Source: a virus
Length of the DNA: 64,000 nt
Direction: 5' to 3' (one strand)
Virus record (IMG/VR): IMGVR_UViG_3300025030_000081
Location: 1 to 64,000 of that record
The notes below the pieces were generated by a model. The model did not search any database. It was given only the letters and a program-made list of their open reading frames with translations, and was not told the origin of the DNA. Shown here piece after piece: positions 8,380-19,283 of this stretch (within the stretch, counting starts at the first letter, position 1; each line of letters begins with the position of its first letter). The translations under genes and the position numbers were made by a program.

Positions 8380-11300
8380 ATGACAAAACTCGCTGATTGC
8401 ATCACAGCCCACGGTGTAAAAACCCACACGAGACTGCCGGCAGATGTCAAGGCTGCGGTGGCTGCAGGAGATACAGCTTTAGCTGTATCGACAATGCAGG
8501 CACACGTAGCCGCCTTGAAAGCCCTCAAGCAAACGATAGAGATCCGGCACGAAGAAAACAAAAAGGATTTCATGGCGCAGACCGTTAGCAAGACGTCCGC
8601 CGCCTCCTACGTTAACCGTGGTGCTGCAGATCCAACCAACGAGCTGAATCATTTCCAGGTGAAGAGCTTCTCCAAGATCTGGAAGAATCTGGTCCAGCGC
8701 GCGGGCAGTTTCGGTGCCGCAGTAGGTCTGTTGAGAGCTAAACCGGATCAGGTGACTCCCGGCGAGCAGGCTGTGCTGGAACACTTCATGACTGGTCCGG
8801 AGAGTTTCGGCAGGCAGATGAGCGCTACGATCAACGCGATCTTCAAGGCCAAAGGGATGCACGACGGACCGAAGGCGGCCAGCAGTTTTCCTTTCCGCTA
8901 CGAGGACATGATCCAGTACCTGCCGGTCAGGTACCCGGCGGAGTTCGGGGAGAAGTCCAATCCGAAGGTGGACGAGCAGCATGCCAGGGATAACGGAATC
9001 CTGGATGGCCCGACCAGGAGCGCCATAGCCGCCACAGCGTACGAGTGGATCGCCACGAGTGGCAGGAAGAGCATGGCTCAGACCGAGTCCTCTCTGGGGC
9101 GTTTGCTGGGCCTGCAGAAGGATGAACCACTCCCGGGTAATTCCTGGGAGCTCCTGGAGCACGCCGGCATGAACGCCGAGACCGTGGCCAGGCAGCTTGG
9201 GAAAACGATCCTACAGCGTCTCAGTATCGCACCGGGACCGAAGTCGGACTCACTGGCGCAAAGCAGGATGGAGGAGTCCCTTGGCTTCATGGCTCTGGCG
9301 GCGATGGAATCGATGGGAGTCATCGAGCGGCAGTACGTTATCGCCGATCATACGGAGAAAGCCAGAGCAGCCCTCATAGCAGCCGGTAAACCGGTCCCTG
9401 CGATCGGACTGAACGCCCTGAAAGAGGACCAGCAGCTGGAACCCGGTGAGCTCTTCTACACGGACAATGGCAGTCCTGAGGGGCCACAGGGGCTACTGAT
9501 GATGCGCCTGGTCAAGGTTGCCGACCTCGACCTGCTGACCGACATCGAGGAGCACTTCAAAGAAGGCCGGGCCGCCTTCGACAAGGTGTTCGCCAACGAG
9601 CCTCAGGATTTCGGCATGCAGTGGAAGGCCCAGGTGAGGAAGGCATTCAAGATCGGCAGCTCCAACGTCGAGGCCAACGCCGAGCAGACCCGGAACATCA
9701 ACAAGTACAGCTCCATCCCTTACCAGCGCAACCCGGAAGCGATCGGCTTCCTGAAGTCCATGTGGGGACTGGTTGAAGGGATGGAAAAGGGAGAAGGGCA
9801 GGACCGACTGAAAGCGGTATTCTACGAGGCACTGGGTGCGCCACCGGCCGAGAATCTGCTGAAGCTGCACAAGAAAGGGAACGAGGGAATCCGGCGGGGG
9901 ATCGAGCAGGACTTCAGGGACGTACTGAACTACGAGGATGAGCACGCGAAGCGGGCAGCCAACGGGGAGAGCACGGAGTTCTACCTGTCGTCGGATTTCA
10001 TGTCCAACATGCGCATGATCATGCGCGGTGACATCAACCCACAGAACTCCAAGATGCACCGGAGCCTGTTCGCCCCTACTGGATTCCAGACGACGTTCAA
10101 AAAGGATCCCAAAGGGAAGCTGGACCAGGCTTTCTTGGAAGCGGTGGCAGTGGCGTTCGACATCGAGACCGGCAAGGGGTTGATCGGCGATGCAGCGGCC
10201 CAGGTGGCCGGACTGATGGACATCATAACCAACCCGGGTAATGACAAGCATGAGGCAGTCACCGCGGCGATCAAGGCCATACAGGCTTACCAGACCACCG
10301 GAGAAATGACGAGCCAGGCCATGGAAGTAATCGCTGTCGGCTCTGCAAAGGTGGACAACAAGGTCACCGGTCTGAAGGGACTCTTCGAGTACGCCCGCTA
10401 CGCAGCTACTCCGGTAGGCGCCGAGTTCAGCACCGACATGCACGCCGAGATTGACGGGGTCAGCAACGGGGTCATCATCGGCATCCTGCAGCTGATTCCG
10501 GACAGCGCGAACAAGCGAGCTGTACTGGCTACCCTGGCCATGGGTGGCATCAGCACCAGCACAGTCAGGGCCGACCTGAACAAGCTCCTGATCCAGAACA
10601 ATCTCAACGACGCCTACCAGCGCATGGCCCAGGAATGGGCAAAAGAGATCCTGACCTTGAAGAAGAAATGGGACACCTCCGAGAAGAGCAAAGACAACGC
10701 GCTCTTTGAGAAGGCCGAGGCTCTGGGGAGGATTCTCGGGGAATTCCAGGACCCGCAGGGTGTCATCAACAAAACCATTCGCAACCTCTCCAAACCAAGA
10801 ACCATGCAGATCATCTACGGCGCCGGCATACGCAAACAGGTCCAGCTGCTGACGGGCGAGAATGTCCTGCATGACGGGATCTACAAGAAGGTCGAGAAGA
10901 TCATGGCCAGGGTCCACAAAGCCAACGCAGCAAACCCGGACCCGCTGGTAAAAGAAGACTTCGCTGCGCTGATGAGAGCCGTCCGGACGCTCACCGGCAA
11001 TTCTTCCTACCATGCGGACAGGTACTTCACCGGTGACCAAGAAACGACCATCGCCAACCTGCAGACGTTCCACTTGAAACCGGAACATATCAAGACCCTC
11101 AACCAGGCCGTCGCGGATACCTACGGGTTGGCCATGTCCAACGCGATTCAGACAGTCTACGGCACACTGATCGAGGCGCGCAAACCGTTGACCGCCGCGG
11201 TGCAGCTGGCAGTCACGACGTACAACACCATCCTCAAAAAGAAGGTCGACCTGCTGGTCGAGGCACACAAAGCCGACGCCACGTTCAAAGGGGATCCGGA

Positions 11301-14300
11301 GGTCATCACCAAGGAGGAGCTGGATAAGATCCTGGCTTCCATCGAGCACCTGATCCCCAAGATCAAGACGCCGCTGTACACCAAGGACAGCCCCAGCTAC
11401 CTGCCGATGGCCGAGGTGGGTAACAACCGGAGCTACACCAAGCAGGCCCGGGTCGTGCAGCAGTACCTGCAAAAGGGGCTGGTGCAGCATCAGGGTTACG
11501 CCGAGGGGATACCGTACCTGGAAGATCCCGGGATGTCACCCGTGGTCAAAGGGATCCAGATGCTGGATTCCATGATCGCCAACGGCTTGATGGGCCTGGA
11601 TACCCACATGCTCAACAACCACGACGGCTTCTCACACGGCATCGGGGACAGCGAGGTGATCGCCCAGGAGGCCAACAAGATATTCGCCGGGGCAATGACG
11701 GATTACAGTTTGGCCCAAGCCTTTGAAGAGATGCATCTCGAGCTGGCTGAAAAAGGCAAAGCCATGCTGGATGCACTGGGCGTCCAGCCTAAGGATTACC
11801 TGTGGGGAACCAGTAGGAACACCGATAAGCCCTCCGCCTTCACGGGTGGTCTGGTCGGTGACCAGGTGGTGTCCTTTGACCTGCTGGTGAGCATGGGACT
11901 GGCAAGCAAAGAGGATCGGGCCGCGTACGTCAAAGATGCACAAGAGCGCGGAGTGCCCTACCGGACCGCGGCACAGGAGTACGTCAATGACGTGATTGCG
12001 CGCCAGGGTATGCCAGATGCCAACTTCACCGAAAAGGTGTTGGCGCAGCTGACCAAGAACCTGGCAGAGATCGCCGAGCAGACCACACGCAACAAGAAAG
12101 AGGTGATGGACTCGGTACGCCAGTGGCACCAGTACCCGCACCACGGTACCGGGTACTTTGTGGATAACCCTGTAAATACCGGAGATAAGATCTTTGGAGA
12201 CATCGACACGAACACGGTGCTCTCCCATGATGCAAAGGCACGGGACAAGGACATAGCGCTTATCCAGGGATTCCAGGCGGAAGGTTACCACTCCTCACCC
12301 ACCGGTAACGTGTCGACCACCGAAGCCGACTACACCCAGCCCTCGCAGGTGATCGACAGCCAGAACGTCGTAGAGAGTTTCGATGCGCTTATCAGTATGG
12401 ATAGCAAGCTGGCGTACGCCAGTGTCCAGAACTCGCCAAGCCATGTCGATTACCTGCGGGGCGTCCTGAACTCGATCGTGTCCCGGGTAATGGGTCCGGT
12501 CGAGATGTTCATGGATCAGCACAAGATCAACAACGAGACGCAGGGGATGTACACGATCGGCGCCAACGGAACTCAGCGGATCTGGATCCAGACGCAGCAG
12601 AAGTCGGATCACCCGCTGGCGGGCATGCTGGGCCAGAGTATCCGGATGTCTCCGGCCGAGGTTTACGTGCACGAGCTGGTGCACCATATCACCCACACCG
12701 GCCTGAAGAACTTCCCACACCTGCAGAGGCAGGCATCAGCCCTTCGTGAGCTGTCCTTTCAGGAGTTCTCCAAAGCATACGGGGAGCATGCCTACCGGGT
12801 GTTCCTGAACGACCCGACGATCGACGTTGCCGACCCGGCCAACGCCTACGAGGTTGCCGCGGCGAAAGCCCGCTGGGAGTACGTGTTTAACACGAAACGC
12901 AAAGCCGACGGCAGCAATGCCGGCCTGGACGAGTTCATCTCCTTCGGGATGACCAACGAAAACTTCAAGCGCGAGCTGGGCAAGCTGCAGGTGAGCCAGG
13001 AGATCCTCAGCGCGCGCAAGTCGCTGAACACGATCTTCGAGAAGAACATCCAGCAGACGCTGGTCAACCTGTTCACCGCGGTCCTGGAGTTCATCTACCA
13101 GCGCTTCAACCAGCAGAGGCACTCGACCCGGGTCGACCAGGAACTGGAGAACCTGGTACGCGCCATCTCCTACGTGGACAGCAAGAACAAGAGCGTCCTG
13201 TGGAAGTTCACTGCTGATATGGAGGAGGCCATTACCGCGGTAAGTTTGCAGATTGACGAAAAGATTGTCGGCATGGTCAAAGCTGCCGTCGACAAGACCA
13301 AGGTGGGCAGCGCAATCAACCAGTTGAAGCAGTTTCCCCAGCTGAACAACATGCTCTCCCACCAGATGCGGATCGTGCTGCACTGGTACACCAGCCAGCA
13401 GCAGGGGCTGATCCCGAGCATCGTCACGGAGATGCAGGGGACGACCGATCGGATGCGCCCGTTCCACGACCAGCTCAGGATGCGCAACCATGTACTCGAT
13501 GCCGCCAAGAACGAAGCAACCCTGGTCGTCCGGGACAAGGTTAACTCCTGGTTCAAACAGGCGCTGACTCCGGCCCAGAAGACGGTGATAACCAAGGCGC
13601 TACTGAAGACCGATGTCGGTTCCTTACTGGATAAAGGCTTGTCGTCCCAGGCGATCACCGGTTACCTTGCCGAGGACACCCGGCGGGAAGCGCGGATCAC
13701 CGAGATCCTGAACCAGCTCCGAAACGATTCGGTACTGAAGGATTATGCGGTCTACTTCGAGAATGCCGCTGATGACCTCGGCTACTTCATGGTGCACAGC
13801 GCGCGTAAAACCAAAGACAGCATGCCGCTCATGAATGCCCACAATATCGTCAGCATGAGGCAGAGCAAGCATGCCGGGAAGCTCGCCGGTGAGAACTATG
13901 GCAGAGCCCTTGACCTGGTCGATCAGCTGGCTACCCTCTCCTCGCTGCGCTACGTACCCAAAGCGCAGAGACTGGCTGCGGCAGCTCTCATGACCAGTGA
14001 GTGGCCGGCCATCGAGAACGTCCTGAACCAGCACAACAAGCTCAAGGACGATGCCTTTCGGGATCTCTTCCACGGCAATCCCGTGAAGATGACCAAAGGC
14101 TACGTCGAGCAGATCCTCAACAGCAGGGTCAAGTTCGAGCAGGCCCATGTCGCCAATCCGGATGACCCGAATGACCCGACCCGGAAGCGGTTCGAGGATG
14201 CCGGCTACTACATGCAGGCGACCCCGATTCCCCGGGATCCGGCAGATCCGGTCCAGGACGACATCTACATGTTCCGCAACATGCTTGGGGCGGTGAACGA

Positions 14301-16032
14301 CCTGCAGCCCGGGATTGCATCGTACTCGCAGAATATCGGACGAGGCGCCACAGGCTACGACATACAGCAACAGTTGGGAAACACCTATGATCCTGCCCAA
14401 GAAGCCGAGCGGAACAACCAGATCGTTCTGGCGGATACCTTGAACACGATCGACAACCTGTTCAAGGTCCGTCCTCCTGCTAAACAGGCGTTAGGATCCG
14501 GCAAGAACTACATGATCCCCAAGTTTAATGACAAGGGCAACATTGCCGAGATGCGCTACATGATGTCCGAGGCAACCAAGGATATAGTGTTTGAGCAGTT
14601 CTCCGAGTTCGATGCGGTGCTGGGGAGAATGGCCGCCACAATTATCGACAAGACGGTGACACCGGAGATCAACGCCAATGTGATCGAAGCGCTGAAGGAT
14701 GTTGCCGACCATAAGGATTATGGCCGTAAAGCGCTGCCGGAAGTCTTCGTGGAGATCTCACCCTGGTCGCCGGAGAAACGCTACCGGGACATCTATCATC
14801 AGCTGCCTCCCAATGCCCGGACCAAGATCCTGTCCATCTGGGGTGAGAACCGAATGTGGGTGGCGCAGGACATGGTGGATCTGGCTTTCGGCCAGAGGAA
14901 GTACTCGGTCAGCGAGACCTTCAGCAAGAACAAGAAGGAAAGCAACCTGTTTGAGAAGATGTTCGTAGAGGTGCTGAAACTGGCTCTGGGAGATCACAAT
15001 CCCTTGAGCGAACCGCCACCAGGAGCCAAGGCGAATGACTCCGTACAGGGCCGTGCAGTGCGCCGTACGACGGCAGTCTACAACACGCTTGCCCAAGTGA
15101 CGAAGCTAGGGAAAGCCAACATCGTGGTGCGTAACCTGGGGGTCGTGTTCGGCAACCACAATAGCAACATGATGCTGCTCAAGTCGATGGGCATCCCCCT
15201 AGAGAAGATCGTCCTTTACAACAAGGAGGCGATGACCGGGATCCTGCAGTACCAGAAGGACAAGCACGAGCTCGAGTCCTGGCGCCTTGAGTTGGAGAAT
15301 ACCCAACGGAGACGGTCCATCACCCCGGCCGAGAAAGACATCCAGACAAGAAACATCAGCCGGCGGATCGCCGTGCTGGAAAACCAGCTGGCCCTGAATA
15401 AGGCAACGCCTCTGGTTAAGGAAGGTGCGATGCCGTCCATCGTCGACGATTTCGATACGGATTACGTACCGCCGCCGTTCACTTACGGGGTGGATGCGCT
15501 CCTGGACAAGAGTCTCGATCTGCTGCCGAAAGGGCTACAGAGGGCCGGTCGGACGCTGTTCATGACCACCGACACCGAGGGGTTCCGGATGATGAACAAC
15601 GCGGTCAAGCTGACTGACTTCACCGGGCGGTACATCCTCTACAAGCACCTGACTGCCAAGGGTATGGATCACAACCTGGCTGTCTCAACAGTCATGGATA
15701 AGTTCATCAACTTTGACTTGCCAACTCATCGAATGATAAGTATGGTGAACGACATTGGACTAGTGATGTTTTCCAAGTACCAGCTGAGGGTGCTCAAACA
15801 TATCAAGGATGTCTTGAAAGAGCACCCGTTCACGGCGCTGGCCACTTTTCTGATTGGTTCACACATAGGTGACAACAACATCATCAATTCGATACCGTTC
15901 GTAACCAAAGATGTCATGCAGAATGTCGGCAATGCTGCATCGCTGACCGGCACAGTCTGGGATACCGCGGTGATTGACGGCGTGCAGTATGTTGGCGGCC
16001 TGGCCGCTGATGTGGTTACTCCAGGAACGTGA
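8380..16032 (+). CDS. virion-encapsidated RNA polymerase (N4 gp50-like), polymerase core plus C-terminal domain
   Basis: NPQNSKMHR; motif A EIDGVSNG; motif B RNLSKPRTMQIIYGAG; motif C NHDG; HELVH zincin-like motif in the C-terminal domain; only one Cys in 2550 aa; GAGG RBS. Confidence 0.93.
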   Translation: MTKLADCITAHGVKTHTRLPADVKAAVAAGDTALAVSTMQAHVAALKALKQTIEIRHEENKKDFMAQTVSKTSAASYVNRGAADPTNELNHFQVKSFSKIWKNLVQRAGSFGAAVGLLRAKPDQVTPGEQAVLEHFMTGPESFGRQMSATINAIFKAKGMHDGPKAASSFPFRYEDMIQYLPVRYPAEFGEKSNPKVDEQHARDNGILDGPTRSAIAATAYEWIATSGRKSMAQTESSLGRLLGLQKDEPLPGNSWELLEHAGMNAETVARQLGKTILQRLSIAPGPKSDSLAQSRMEESLGFMALAAMESMGVIERQYVIADHTEKARAALIAAGKPVPAIGLNALKEDQQLEPGELFYTDNGSPEGPQGLLMMRLVKVADLDLLTDIEEHFKEGRAAFDKVFANEPQDFGMQWKAQVRKAFKIGSSNVEANAEQTRNINKYSSIPYQRNPEAIGFLKSMWGLVEGMEKGEGQDRLKAVFYEALGAPPAENLLKLHKKGNEGIRRGIEQDFRDVLNYEDEHAKRAANGESTEFYLSSDFMSNMRMIMRGDINPQNSKMHRSLFAPTGFQTTFKKDPKGKLDQAFLEAVAVAFDIETGKGLIGDAAAQVAGLMDIITNPGNDKHEAVTAAIKAIQAYQTTGEMTSQAMEVIAVGSAKVDNKVTGLKGLFEYARYAATPVGAEFSTDMHAEIDGVSNGVIIGILQLIPDSANKRAVLATLAMGGISTSTVRADLNKLLIQNNLNDAYQRMAQEWAKEILTLKKKWDTSEKSKDNALFEKAEALGRILGEFQDPQGVINKTIRNLSKPRTMQIIYGAGIRKQVQLLTGENVLHDGIYKKVEKIMARVHKANAANPDPLVKEDFAALMRAVRTLTGNSSYHADRYFTGDQETTIANLQTFHLKPEHIKTLNQAVADTYGLAMSNAIQTVYGTLIEARKPLTAAVQLAVTTYNTILKKKVDLLVEAHKADATFKGDPEVITKEELDKILASIEHLIPKIKTPLYTKDSPSYLPMAEVGNNRSYTKQARVVQQYLQKGLVQHQGYAEGIPYLEDPGMSPVVKGIQMLDSMIANGLMGLDTHMLNNHDGFSHGIGDSEVIAQEANKIFAGAMTDYSLAQAFEEMHLELAEKGKAMLDALGVQPKDYLWGTSRNTDKPSAFTGGLVGDQVVSFDLLVSMGLASKEDRAAYVKDAQERGVPYRTAAQEYVNDVIARQGMPDANFTEKVLAQLTKNLAEIAEQTTRNKKEVMDSVRQWHQYPHHGTGYFVDNPVNTGDKIFGDIDTNTVLSHDAKARDKDIALIQGFQAEGYHSSPTGNVSTTEADYTQPSQVIDSQNVVESFDALISMDSKLAYASVQNSPSHVDYLRGVLNSIVSRVMGPVEMFMDQHKINNETQGMYTIGANGTQRIWIQTQQKSDHPLAGMLGQSIRMSPAEVYVHELVHHITHTGLKNFPHLQRQASALRELSFQEFSKAYGEHAYRVFLNDPTIDVADPANAYEVAAAKARWEYVFNTKRKADGSNAGLDEFISFGMTNENFKRELGKLQVSQEILSARKSLNTIFEKNIQQTLVNLFTAVLEFIYQRFNQQRHSTRVDQELENLVRAISYVDSKNKSVLWKFTADMEEAITAVSLQIDEKIVGMVKAAVDKTKVGSAINQLKQFPQLNNMLSHQMRIVLHWYTSQQQGLIPSIVTEMQGTTDRMRPFHDQLRMRNHVLDAAKNEATLVVRDKVNSWFKQALTPAQKTVITKALLKTDVGSLLDKGLSSQAITGYLAEDTRREARITEILNQLRNDSVLKDYAVYFENAADDLGYFMVHSARKTKDSMPLMNAHNIVSMRQSKHAGKLAGENYGRALDLVDQLATLSSLRYVPKAQRLAAAALMTSEWPAIENVLNQHNKLKDDAFRDLFHGNPVKMTKGYVEQILNSRVKFEQAHVANPDDPNDPTRKRFEDAGYYMQATPIPRDPADPVQDDIYMFRNMLGAVNDLQPGIASYSQNIGRGATGYDIQQQLGNTYDPAQEAERNNQIVLADTLNTIDNLFKVRPPAKQALGSGKNYMIPKFNDKGNIAEMRYMMSEATKDIVFEQFSEFDAVLGRMAATIIDKTVTPEINANVIEALKDVADHKDYGRKALPEVFVEISPWSPEKRYRDIYHQLPPNARTKILSIWGENRMWVAQDMVDLAFGQRKYSVSETFSKNKKESNLFEKMFVEVLKLALGDHNPLSEPPPGAKANDSVQGRAVRRTTAVYNTLAQVTKLGKANIVVRNLGVVFGNHNSNMMLLKSMGIPLEKIVLYNKEAMTGILQYQKDKHELESWRLELENTQRRRSITPAEKDIQTRNISRRIAVLENQLALNKATPLVKEGAMPSIVDDFDTDYVPPPFTYGVDALLDKSLDLLPKGLQRAGRTLFMTTDTEGFRMMNNAVKLTDFTGRYILYKHLTAKGMDHNLAVSTVMDKFINFDLPTHRMISMVNDIGLVMFSKYQLRVLKHIKDVLKEHPFTALATFLIGSHIGDNNIINSIPFVTKDVMQNVGNAASLTGTVWDTAVIDGVQYVGGLAADVVTPGT

Positions 16033-16039
16033 GGTTTAC

Positions 16040-18751
16040 ATGGCAGATAGAGTAGTCGCTTTCCAGTCAATGGTGTTCCGCCGGTCGGATCATGACATCG
16101 TAGCAGGCGATCCTGCCTTCCCGTCCGGCGGGTCGTATGAATCTCCGGTGCCGGACAACGCATACTGGCCCAGGATACCGTTACCGGGCAACGAGCCGCT
16201 GTACGTGTCGATGAGAATATTCACCAGCGACGGCCTATTCCCCCAGGAGGAGCTCTGGAGTCCTCCGACGCTGTTCGTAAAGCACGGGGACAAGGGAGAC
16301 ACCGGCAATAGCGGCGATACCGGGGCAGATGGATTGCACGGATTAAACGGCATAGGCACTCCCGGGAATCCCGGAATCAACGGGGCTGACGGCGTTGCCG
16401 GCAGAGGCATCGTATGGGTCGGTGAGGCCGCGTCACATCCGATTAACCCCGAGTACGGGACGGCTTACTACAACACCACAGACCACAAAAGCTACGTCTA
16501 CTATGATCTGGCCTGGTATCAGATGACCGTAGACGGTGTCGATGGTCAGGACGGGTATCACAGCGCCATCATAACCCTTTATCGAAAATCCGCCAGTGCT
16601 GCGGTTGAGCCGGAAAGTTTTAGTGGCACCTTCACATACGATTTTACAACAGCGCTCCTGTCCGGGGGCACCTTAAACGGCTGGACGCAAACCATGCCCG
16701 CGAGCGGTGCCGGGGAATACATCTGGGTGAAACAAGCTTCGGCTGTTGCCGATGCCCCTACGGATTCGATTGCCGCCACGGAGTTCTCCGGAGGGGTGGT
16801 CATCAGCGGGGTCGGACTTGACGGCATAAATAGCGCCACCGTGATCCTCTATCGTAAAACGGCCACCACTGCTGCGCCCGCCATCCCCACAGGAACCTTT
16901 ACCTACACGTTTTCTTTAAAAACTCTTTCCGCTGCACCCACCGGCGTGTTCAATTCCTGGTCGCAAACCGCACCGAGCCTGGTTAATGGTGAGTACCTCT
17001 GGATGGTTCAGGCAACGGCCAGTTCGAGGACCGATACCGACACGATCTCTTTCACTGAATTTTCTGTTCCGGCGGTAACATCGTCAACCGGGATCGACGG
17101 TTTATCCATCGTCTGGAAGGGTGATTTGGCAGCGCCTCCGGCGAATCCATCAATAAACTGGGTGTACCGTGATACCACCAATGCAACCGTGTATATCTAC
17201 AATGGATTTGCCTGGGAACTGATGGTTCTCGATGGTAACGATGGAACCAATGGCACCAACGGAACTAACGGAACCAACGGCACCGATGGTGATTCAATCG
17301 ATATCGTATTTGTGCGGAGCGCAGCAACACCGGCAACACCGACAGCATCTGCTGGTGTGCCTTCATCGCCTATCCAATGGTACACCAGCGTTGCTGCTGC
17401 TAATACCGCCGGGGGTGAGGCCGTAAAGCTCTGGAGCAGCGTAGGTTACCGTCCTTTAAGTGCAGGAAATTACACCTGGGATACGCCGATCAGAGTCGAC
17501 GGCGACAAAGTTGCCGAGATTACGGTATTCACCCGTGGCGTGCCCAGCACGACCCCGACCGGTGGCACCTACACTTTTGGTGCAGCTACCCCGATCACGA
17601 CGTTGCCCACCTCAACCGGCGCAACGTGGTCTCGGACCATACCGACCGGTACTGCAGCGGTTTACACATCGCGCGCGGTGGTGTCCACAGTTGCCGGGAA
17701 TACTGGCGCGGTTGCTATTACTGGTTGGTCGACCCCGGTGATAAGTTTGCAAAACGGGCTGTCAGTTTACATAACCTACCATGACGCTTCTGCCGCCGGA
17801 ACTCCCCCAGCGAAACCAACTAGCATCGCCGGGACAGACAACGGCTGGCATACGGCGGCAACAGCGGCGGCAAACTGGATGTCGCAAAAGGTGGATGACG
17901 GCACCACCGCGGCCTGGGGTGACGCCATAAAAATCGGCGGGATAGACGGTACCAACGGCACCGATGGAGCCGACGGACAAACCGGCTCGAGTGTCCTGGT
18001 GGTTTATGTTGACGCGATCGACCCGGCAACTCCCGGCACCAGCGTCGGTGTTCCCGTCGGCTGGTCGGCTGCGATACCGGCCAGTGCCACCTATGCCATC
18101 TGGGAAACCACCGGGACGAGAGCCACCGGAGGAGCAACCTACACCTGGACAACCCCGGTCGTATCTACAGCCGGCTGGAGAAAACCAGGGACAACGTTCT
18201 TCGACGGCAACAAGATATTCACAGGGGACGCCTATGTGGACACCTTGCAGATCAAGGGGCAAGCCGTCACATTCTCTGTTGCTACTACGGATTGGGCTGG
18301 TTCTACTACGTCTGCTGTGAATATCCAGCCCACAGGTTCCGTGATAACTAAGGATATCTGCTCGACACCGATGAGTTTTACAGGCCCACTAAGCGGCGTA
18401 AATACGCCCGTAATAGTGATGTGCAGAACAACTTTTACACTCTCCGGTTACTGCCCTGACGGGAGTGTTTACACTCGGGGTTATATCAAGGTCGAGCTGT
18501 TGCGGGACACGACTGTACTGCACACTGCGGTAAACGAACAGTGGACTTTCGATGGATCATCGATTGCAACTACGGTATCACTGAAGGATGAAATAAGTTT
18601 TGAATACCTCGACACTTCTGCCCCTGCGGGGAACCACACATACAAATTGAAAATCACATTTACTACAAATGTGACTTCCTTCAACAACACATTGACTGGC
18701 ACGTTGTCTAATTCCAAATCGTCTATATTTGCTCTGGAGACGAAACGATGA
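16040..18751 (+). CDS. long tail fibre/host-specificity protein with collagen-like linkers
   Basis: GAGG RBS before ATG 16040; Gly-X-Y runs (GTNGTNGTNGTDG); duplicated ~90-aa modules; FDGNKIFTGDAYVDTLQIKGQAVT tail-tip-like motif. Confidence 0.8.
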   Translation: MADRVVAFQSMVFRRSDHDIVAGDPAFPSGGSYESPVPDNAYWPRIPLPGNEPLYVSMRIFTSDGLFPQEELWSPPTLFVKHGDKGDTGNSGDTGADGLHGLNGIGTPGNPGINGADGVAGRGIVWVGEAASHPINPEYGTAYYNTTDHKSYVYYDLAWYQMTVDGVDGQDGYHSAIITLYRKSASAAVEPESFSGTFTYDFTTALLSGGTLNGWTQTMPASGAGEYIWVKQASAVADAPTDSIAATEFSGGVVISGVGLDGINSATVILYRKTATTAAPAIPTGTFTYTFSLKTLSAAPTGVFNSWSQTAPSLVNGEYLWMVQATASSRTDTDTISFTEFSVPAVTSSTGIDGLSIVWKGDLAAPPANPSINWVYRDTTNATVYIYNGFAWELMVLDGNDGTNGTNGTNGTNGTDGDSIDIVFVRSAATPATPTASAGVPSSPIQWYTSVAAANTAGGEAVKLWSSVGYRPLSAGNYTWDTPIRVDGDKVAEITVFTRGVPSTTPTGGTYTFGAATPITTLPTSTGATWSRTIPTGTAAVYTSRAVVSTVAGNTGAVAITGWSTPVISLQNGLSVYITYHDASAAGTPPAKPTSIAGTDNGWHTAATAAANWMSQKVDDGTTAAWGDAIKIGGIDGTNGTDGADGQTGSSVLVVYVDAIDPATPGTSVGVPVGWSAAIPASATYAIWETTGTRATGGATYTWTTPVVSTAGWRKPGTTFFDGNKIFTGDAYVDTLQIKGQAVTFSVATTDWAGSTTSAVNIQPTGSVITKDICSTPMSFTGPLSGVNTPVIVMCRTTFTLSGYCPDGSVYTRGYIKVELLRDTTVLHTAVNEQWTFDGSSIATTVSLKDEISFEYLDTSAPAGNHTYKLKITFTTNVTSFNNTLTGTLSNSKSSIFALETKR

Positions 18752-19206
18752 TAAAAATTGCAATATATCGAATTAGTGATGGTGAGATCCAACGCCGAGC
18801 TGTTACACACTACCAATTGATTGAACTTAACTACGGAGAGGGAGAAAACTACTTTCTAAACTGCCCTCCTGACGCCACCCACATTATCGATGGGGAGCCA
18901 GTAACGGTCATTCCGCCTGTAGTCCCTTCGACCACGGAGGAGCTGATACAGTTGAATGTGACCGCCATCCAGAGGCACCTGGACGCTACGGCGCGCACCC
19001 GGAACTATGACGGGATACTGAGCCTTGCAAGCTATGCGAGTTCTACGGATGCCGCATTTGCGGCTGAAGGGGCAGCAGGGGTGTTATGGAGGGATACCTG
19101 TTGGCGATTGAGTTATCAGGCTCTAGCGGACGTGCAGGCGGGTCTTAGGGCTATGCCTACACCTGCGGAAGCGGTGGCAGAACTACCGCCCATGATCTGG
19201 CCTTAA
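18748..19206 (+). CDS. tail fibre assembly/chaperone protein
   Basis: QRHLDATARTRNYDGILSLASY...WRDTCW...LPPMIWP pattern; ATGA overlap with the fibre gene. Confidence 0.75.
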   Translation: MIKIAIYRISDGEIQRRAVTHYQLIELNYGEGENYFLNCPPDATHIIDGEPVTVIPPVVPSTTEELIQLNVTAIQRHLDATARTRNYDGILSLASYASSTDAAFAAEGAAGVLWRDTCWRLSYQALADVQAGLRAMPTPAEAVAELPPMIWP

Positions 19207-19235
19207 AAGGATTGTTTGAAAGGATCGTGCAGAAA

Positions 19236-19266
19236 GGAAAAGCCCCTGTGAAAGGGCTTTCTTGTT
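19236..19266. terminator. bidirectional terminator between the convergent late and middle blocks
   Basis: AAAGCCC-N8-GGGCTTT with A-rich left and T-rich right flanks. Confidence 0.75.
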
Positions 19267-19283
19267 TGGTGGGGTATTGATAA

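Noticed and set aside
9493-11490. 665-aa antisense ORF, and similar long shadow ORFs (23636..25375, 30963..32324, 62406..63719)
   Set aside because: They mirror well-supported genes on the opposite strand, a known effect of GC-rich third codon positions. They have no motifs or RBS.
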